Below are positions 59,821 through 64,000 of a stretch of DNA of 64,000 bases, one piece after another (positions within the stretch are counted from its first letter, which is position 1; every line of letters begins with the position of its first letter). Position numbers and translations under genes: made by a program. Source of the stretch: Elusimicrobiota bacterium (GTDB lineage: Bacteria > Elusimicrobiota > Elusimicrobia > UBA1565); contig JBDRPD010000050.1 in the NCBI GenBank assembly GCA_043827405.1, positions 32,001-96,000 on the forward strand, in the 5' to 3' direction. The notes beneath the pieces are model-generated. The model did not search any database. It was not told where the DNA came from and saw only the letters and a program-made list of their open reading frames with translations.

Positions 59821-62102
59821 TGCTTGGGCGGTTCCAGCGGCTTCAGGGGGACGGTCTTGGAAGGATCCATCTGATTGGGGTGCGGGTCCGGAGGAGCAAA
59901 AGGATCCTGCTCCGGAAAAGGCTCCGCTGCGGCATCCGGCGGCGGCACCGGCGTCCGCGGCTGCTGCGGCATGGGCGTATGCGGCTGCGGCGGTACCGGC
60001 GTCCGCGGCGGCTGCGGTACCGGCGTCCGCGGCGCCTGTCCCGGAATCGGCGTTTGCACCTGCCGCGGCATTGGGGTGTGCGGGCCGGTCATGGACGGAT
60101 AGCCCGGAGCGGCGCTCGGCTTGGGCGCAGCTTGCGCCGCGGCCGGCGGTGCGGCGTCCATCTGCGACGGGTCCGGAATGGGAATGGTGAAATAAAAGAC
60201 CGAGCCCTTGCCGAGCTCCGAATCCACGCCCATCCCGCCGCCATGGGCCTTCACGATCTCTTGGGAAATTTTTAGGCCGAGACCGAAACCTGCTTTGCGC
60301 ATCCGCTGCGCGTTCTCCGCCTGGAAAAATCGTTCGAACACGCGGGGCAAATCCTCTTTGGAGATGCCGATGCCGGTATCCCGCACGCTGATCGTTACCG
60401 CATTGGCGCCGACCTGAACCTTGACGTACACCGCGCCTTTCTCGGAAGTATACTGGATCGCATTGGTCGACAGGTTCTGAATAACCTGGCCGACCCGCAG
60501 GGGATCGCCCTTGAGCAGCGGAATTTTATCGGGCAAGCTCACATGGAGCTGAATCTCCCGCTTCTCGGCCGCGACCTCGATACGGGACTTCACCTCGTTA
60601 ACGACCTGAGAAAGATCCATATCGCTGATATTGACGCGCAGCTTGCCCGACTCGATCGCGGCGTAGTCGACCAGATCGGAGATAAGCCCCTCGAGCGTCC
60701 GCGTCGAGGACTGGATATGCGTGACGCATTTAACCAGAGTCGCGTCCTTAACCTTCCACGACAGCATCTCGGCATAGCCGCGGATCGCGGTCAGCGGGTT
60801 CTTCACATCATGCGCCACGGTGGCAAAAAACTTCTTCTGGAAATCGGTAAGCTGTTCGAGCTCCTCGTTGGCGAATTTAAGCTCCTCGGTAATGCGGGAG
60901 TTCTCCAGCAGCAGCCGGCGGCGCTCCAGCGCGCGCGATATGGAGAAGCGCAGCCGTGAGGGCTCAACCGGCTTAAGCAGACAGTCGTCGAGCCCCACCT
61001 CCACCACCTGCGTAACGCCCTTAAGCGCCGTCTGCAGCGGGTACTGATCGACCATCAGGATGATGCGCAGGTCGGGATCGATCTCGCGCATCTTCTGCGC
61101 CAGCTCGATTCCGGTATGCTGGGCGTAGACGAGGGCGGCGCCGACGACCGCGAGGTGATAGGAATCCTGAGCGATCAGCCGCATCGCCTGCTCGGCGTCC
61201 ATGCAGGCGCCCACTTCGTAGCCTTCCTGGATCAGCCCCGTCGTCAGCTGGATCAAAGAGGGCTTATAGTTGTCTACCAGCAGCACCCGGCCCAGGCCCA
61301 TCGGATCCGAGGTCTGCTTGCCCAATAGGATATCGACGGAATGCTCGACGAGATCGCGGGACAGGAACGCCGGACGCGTACGGCGCAGCGCCCGCTCCGC
61401 GTTGTGCGCGGCGCTGGCGCTGGATACGATGAAGGTGCGGGCGTTGGGAATCTCCTGGCGAACGCGGGCCTCCATCGGGGCGGCGTCAAATACGTCGCCG
61501 GAGAACTGCGCGATAACCGTGGATGGAAACTTCGGTTCCACCGGCGCATTTTCGTCCTTCTTCTTGCTGAGCTTCGACCACAGCGAAGCGTCCCCGGCCG
61601 CCGGCGCACCGCGGGGCAGGGACTGCCGCAGCAGCGAGCCGACGCCGACCGCCGAGTCGACAACGGCGGATTCAATTCCCACCGACCGCAGACGGGCCTG
61701 CAGCATGCCCGTAAGAAAGAGCGTCGGATCGGCGAAAAATACCAGCGGCACGTCCTGCAGCTCCTTGAGAGCCTCCATGAACGAGGCGGGAAGGGGCCAG
61801 CGCAGGCGCGTCACATACTCGGTCGGTGCCCGCGGGTCGGGCGTACCCGGGATGTCAAGCAGGATCAGCGGCGGGCAGCCCGGCTGGCAGTGATCCTGCA
61901 GGACCTCGATCTTTTCCTGCTGATTCATCATTATCAGATCGCCGACCACGCCGATCAGATTGGAGTCTTCTTCTATCCAGCGCGCCTTTGAACTCTTGGC
62001 GTTTTTCTGGACGTCGACCTCGATCTTGCGCCGCTGGCAGGACTTCTTAAACAAGTCGATGATCGCCGGATCTCCGGTAATGAGGATGACCCGGTTTTTC
62101 AT
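59817..62102 (-). CDS. Cytoplasmic hybrid histidine kinase with degenerate receiver domains and Pro-rich tail
   Basis: AHDVKNPL H box, NLSTNAIQY, DTGIGI, GFGLGL; receiver-like domains; no TM. Confidence 0.92.
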   Translation of the reverse strand: MKNRVILITGDPAIIDLFKKSCQRRKIEVDVQKNAKSSKARWIEEDSNLIGVVGDLIMMNQQEKIEVLQDHCQPGCPPLILLDIPGTPDPRAPTEYVTRLRWPLPASFMEALKELQDVPLVFFADPTLFLTGMLQARLRSVGIESAVVDSAVGVGSLLRQSLPRGAPAAGDASLWSKLSKKKDENAPVEPKFPSTVIAQFSGDVFDAAPMEARVRQEIPNARTFIVSSASAAHNAERALRRTRPAFLSRDLVEHSVDILLGKQTSDPMGLGRVLLVDNYKPSLIQLTTGLIQEGYEVGACMDAEQAMRLIAQDSYHLAVVGAALVYAQHTGIELAQKMREIDPDLRIILMVDQYPLQTALKGVTQVVEVGLDDCLLKPVEPSRLRFSISRALERRRLLLENSRITEELKFANEELEQLTDFQKKFFATVAHDVKNPLTAIRGYAEMLSWKVKDATLVKCVTHIQSSTRTLEGLISDLVDYAAIESGKLRVNISDMDLSQVVNEVKSRIEVAAEKREIQLHVSLPDKIPLLKGDPLRVGQVIQNLSTNAIQYTSEKGAVYVKVQVGANAVTISVRDTGIGISKEDLPRVFERFFQAENAQRMRKAGFGLGLKISQEIVKAHGGGMGVDSELGKGSVFYFTIPIPDPSQMDAAPPAAAQAAPKPSAAPGYPSMTGPHTPMPRQVQTPIPGQAPRTPVPQPPRTPVPPQPHTPMPQQPRTPVPPPDAAAEPFPEQDPFAPPDPHPNQMDPSKTVPLKPLEPPKQ
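59938..60087 (-). repeat. About six 24-27-bp intragenic repeats encoding xxTPxP
   Basis: PHTPMPRQ VQTPIPGQA PRTPVPQP PRTPVPPQ PHTPMPQQ PRTPVPPP. Confidence 0.85.
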
Positions 62103-63484
62103 AACGCCAACGGCTCCAGCCGCGCGGTAAAGTGGCTCAAATACTCCGCGGCCTCCAGCAGCTTCATGCCGCGCACCGCCGAAGCATCCTGGGCCACGGC
62201 GGTGAATACCTCGATTACGAAATCGATATGGCTCTGGGTATAGACCCGGCGCGGCACCGCCAGGCGCACGAGCTCCATCTTGGCCGGCTCGAAGCCGCCG
62301 TTGATGCGGCGGCCGAACATAAGCGAGCCGATCTCCACCGTGCGGATGCCGCCGCGGCGGTACAGCTCGCAGGCCAGCGCCTGCGCCGGATATTCCTGCG
62401 GCGGGATATGCGGCAGCAGCCGCTTGGCGTCCACATACACGCCGTGCCCCCCGGGCGGCTCGAGAATCGGCACGCCGCCGCGGCGCAGACCGTCGGCCAA
62501 ATACTCGGTGGAGCGGAGGCGGTACTGCAGGTACTCCTCATCCAGGACCTCCTCGAGTCCGATGGTTATCGCCTCGAGATCGCGGCCCGCGAGTCCGCCG
62601 TAGGTGGCGAAGCCCTCGCCGACAATCAGCACTTCGCGCGCGCGACGCGCCAATTCGACGTTGTTGAGCGCGAGGAACCCCCCCATATTCACCAGGGCGT
62701 CCTTCTTGGCGCTCATCATGCAGCCCTGGGCATAGGAAAACATCTCGTGGGCGATCTCCTTAACGGGCCGCGTAGAGTAGCCCGGCTCGCGCTGCTTAAT
62801 GAAACAGGCGTTCTCGGCGAAGCGTGCGCAGTCCAAAAACATCGGGATCTTATGCTGCGCGCATATCTCGCTGACCTCGCGCAGATTACGCATCGATACC
62901 GGCTGCCCGCCCAGTGAATTATTGGTCACGGTCATGATCACGAGCGGGATATTCTCGGCGCCCCGGTCCTTGATCGCCCCCGCGAGCGCCAGCGTATCCA
63001 TATCGCCCTTGAAGTCGCCGACGCAAGCGAAGTCCAGGGCCGCCGGCACCGGCAGGTCGACCGCCTCGGCGCCCGAGACCTCGACGTTGGCGCGCGTGGT
63101 GTCGAAGTGGGAGTTGGAAATCACCGTCTTGCCCTTGCCGCCGATGATTTCAAACAGAATGCGCTCCGCGGCGCGGCCCTGATGGACCGGAATCACCTCG
63201 CGGTAGCCGGTCAGCTCACGCACTTTCTTTTCAAAGCGAAAGAAGCTCCGGGCGCCGGCATAGGATTCATCGCCCCGCATGAGGCCGCCCCACTGATCGG
63301 CGGACATCGCCGAGGTCCCCGAATCCGTCAGCAGATCGATCAAAACCTTATCGGCGGGGACATTGAAGAGGTTGTAGCCCGCCTTCTTGAGCGCCTCGTC
63401 ACGTTCACCGGCCGAGGTGAAGCCCAGCGGCTCCACACATTTGATCTTAAACGGCTCGATTATAGTCTTCCAGTTCCAATCCAT
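62099..63484 (-). CDS. tnaA: Tryptophanase (tryptophan indole-lyase)
   Basis: IDLLTDSGT, MSAKKD (PLP Lys), HFDTT and HFTARL favour tryptophanase over tyrosine phenol-lyase. Confidence 0.88.
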   Translation of the reverse strand: MDWNWKTIIEPFKIKCVEPLGFTSAGERDEALKKAGYNLFNVPADKVLIDLLTDSGTSAMSADQWGGLMRGDESYAGARSFFRFEKKVRELTGYREVIPVHQGRAAERILFEIIGGKGKTVISNSHFDTTRANVEVSGAEAVDLPVPAALDFACVGDFKGDMDTLALAGAIKDRGAENIPLVIMTVTNNSLGGQPVSMRNLREVSEICAQHKIPMFLDCARFAENACFIKQREPGYSTRPVKEIAHEMFSYAQGCMMSAKKDALVNMGGFLALNNVELARRAREVLIVGEGFATYGGLAGRDLEAITIGLEEVLDEEYLQYRLRSTEYLADGLRRGGVPILEPPGGHGVYVDAKRLLPHIPPQEYPAQALACELYRRGGIRTVEIGSLMFGRRINGGFEPAKMELVRLAVPRRVYTQSHIDFVIEVFTAVAQDASAVRGMKLLEAAEYLSHFTARLEPLAL

Positions 63485-63606
63485 TGGTACCTAAAAGGAG
63501 GTGCGAGCGCCTACCATAAAGATTAGCCGGCCTTCGATACTGTGTCAACAGCAGGACGGTTAACCGTTTTTCCCGATTAGTACTTAGATTTATAACAAAT
63601 CCGTTA

Positions 63607-63694
63607 GGTTTAAGGGCCTAGTTTTTTTGGGCCGGTTGCCTTACCCCGCTTGGGCCCTATGCTCCTGGGGCGCCGGCGGATCTCAAGGTATCAT
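63607..63694 (+). promoter_or_regulatory. Tandem-box promoter (three boxes, 23 nt, -10 TATCAT)
   Basis: GGTTTAAGGGCCT 63607, GGCCGGTTGCCTT 63630, GGCCCTATGCTCC 63653, TATCAT 63689-63694, ATG 63702. Confidence 0.55.
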
Positions 63695-63701
63695 TATGCA
63701 G

Positions 63702-64000
63702 ATGAGCTATTCGCTCCGGACACCCTTACAACGGGCGACCTCACTTATCTGCGTCCTCTTGCTTGCGGCGGCGCCTCTGCAGGCCGCCGTAGCGGTTCGC
63801 CCTTCGATCGGCCTGAACGCCGGCGCCTCCGGCGGGAAGGTTTCGGTGCCCGTCAGCAATATCAAGGCTGTCGCCCCCGGGACAAACGGCTCGCTCGCAC
63901 CGCTGCAGACCTCCATGAACGGCACCTTGCCCAGCCTGGACCTGCCGGCAAGCGGGGTCAGCGGCGCGGCCGAAGCTTCCGTACAGAGCACGCCCCGCGA
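63702..64000 (+). CDS. 5' part of an exported protein with low-complexity leader (runs off the window)
   Basis: Open frame MSYSLRTPLQRATSLICVLLLAAAPLQAAVAVRPSIGLNAGASGG...; not in the ORF track because it has no stop. Confidence 0.75.
   Translation, partial: MSYSLRTPLQRATSLICVLLLAAAPLQAAVAVRPSIGLNAGASGGKVSVPVSNIKAVAPGTNGSLAPLQTSMNGTLPSLDLPASGVSGAAEASVQSTPR

Noticed and set aside
62099..63484. Tyrosine phenol-lyase
   Set aside because: FDTT, SAKKD and HFTA match tryptophanase; TPL has FTTT, SGKKD and FFTA.

Overview
GC-rich bacterial chromosomal window with about 58 CDSs, two intact tRNA genes (Ser-CGA 18633-18719 +, Gly-GCC 54160-54233 -) and two tRNA remnants. Recognisable genes: carAB, patatin, GreA/B, OFA-MFS, cytosine deaminase, htpX, CaCA antiporter, mgtE, MEMO1/AmrB, OPT transporter, tsaA, endonuclease I, M3 oligopeptidase, TsaC/YciO, B12 radical SAM, RhlE-like helicase, HD-GYP, glcD-E fusion/glcF, hybrid kinase, tnaA. 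Exported C14 caspases and long Ala/Val/Pro-rich leaders resemble what I recall of Elusimicrobiota (inference only). No integrase, transposase or CRISPR was seen. Main novelty candidates: (1) a fixed promoter architecture (13-bp boxes about 23 bp apart, exactly 23 nt, -10, then 6-9 nt to ATG) shared by four dispersed exported-protein genes, three with a common leader style; (2) a HAD-UbiA + GMC oxidoreductase + two SDR + GT-C cluster that looks like a DprE1/DprE2-free lipid-linked pentose pathway; (3) ~50-nt hairpin units that duplicate tRNA ends, and a tRNA-fragment-bounded 3-kb cassette; (4) an HTH + catalytically degenerate LAGLIDADG protein; (5) a small peptide with three CV(W/M)PxxC cores; (6) pervasive leaderless starts. 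All calls are from motif reading; no searches were run.
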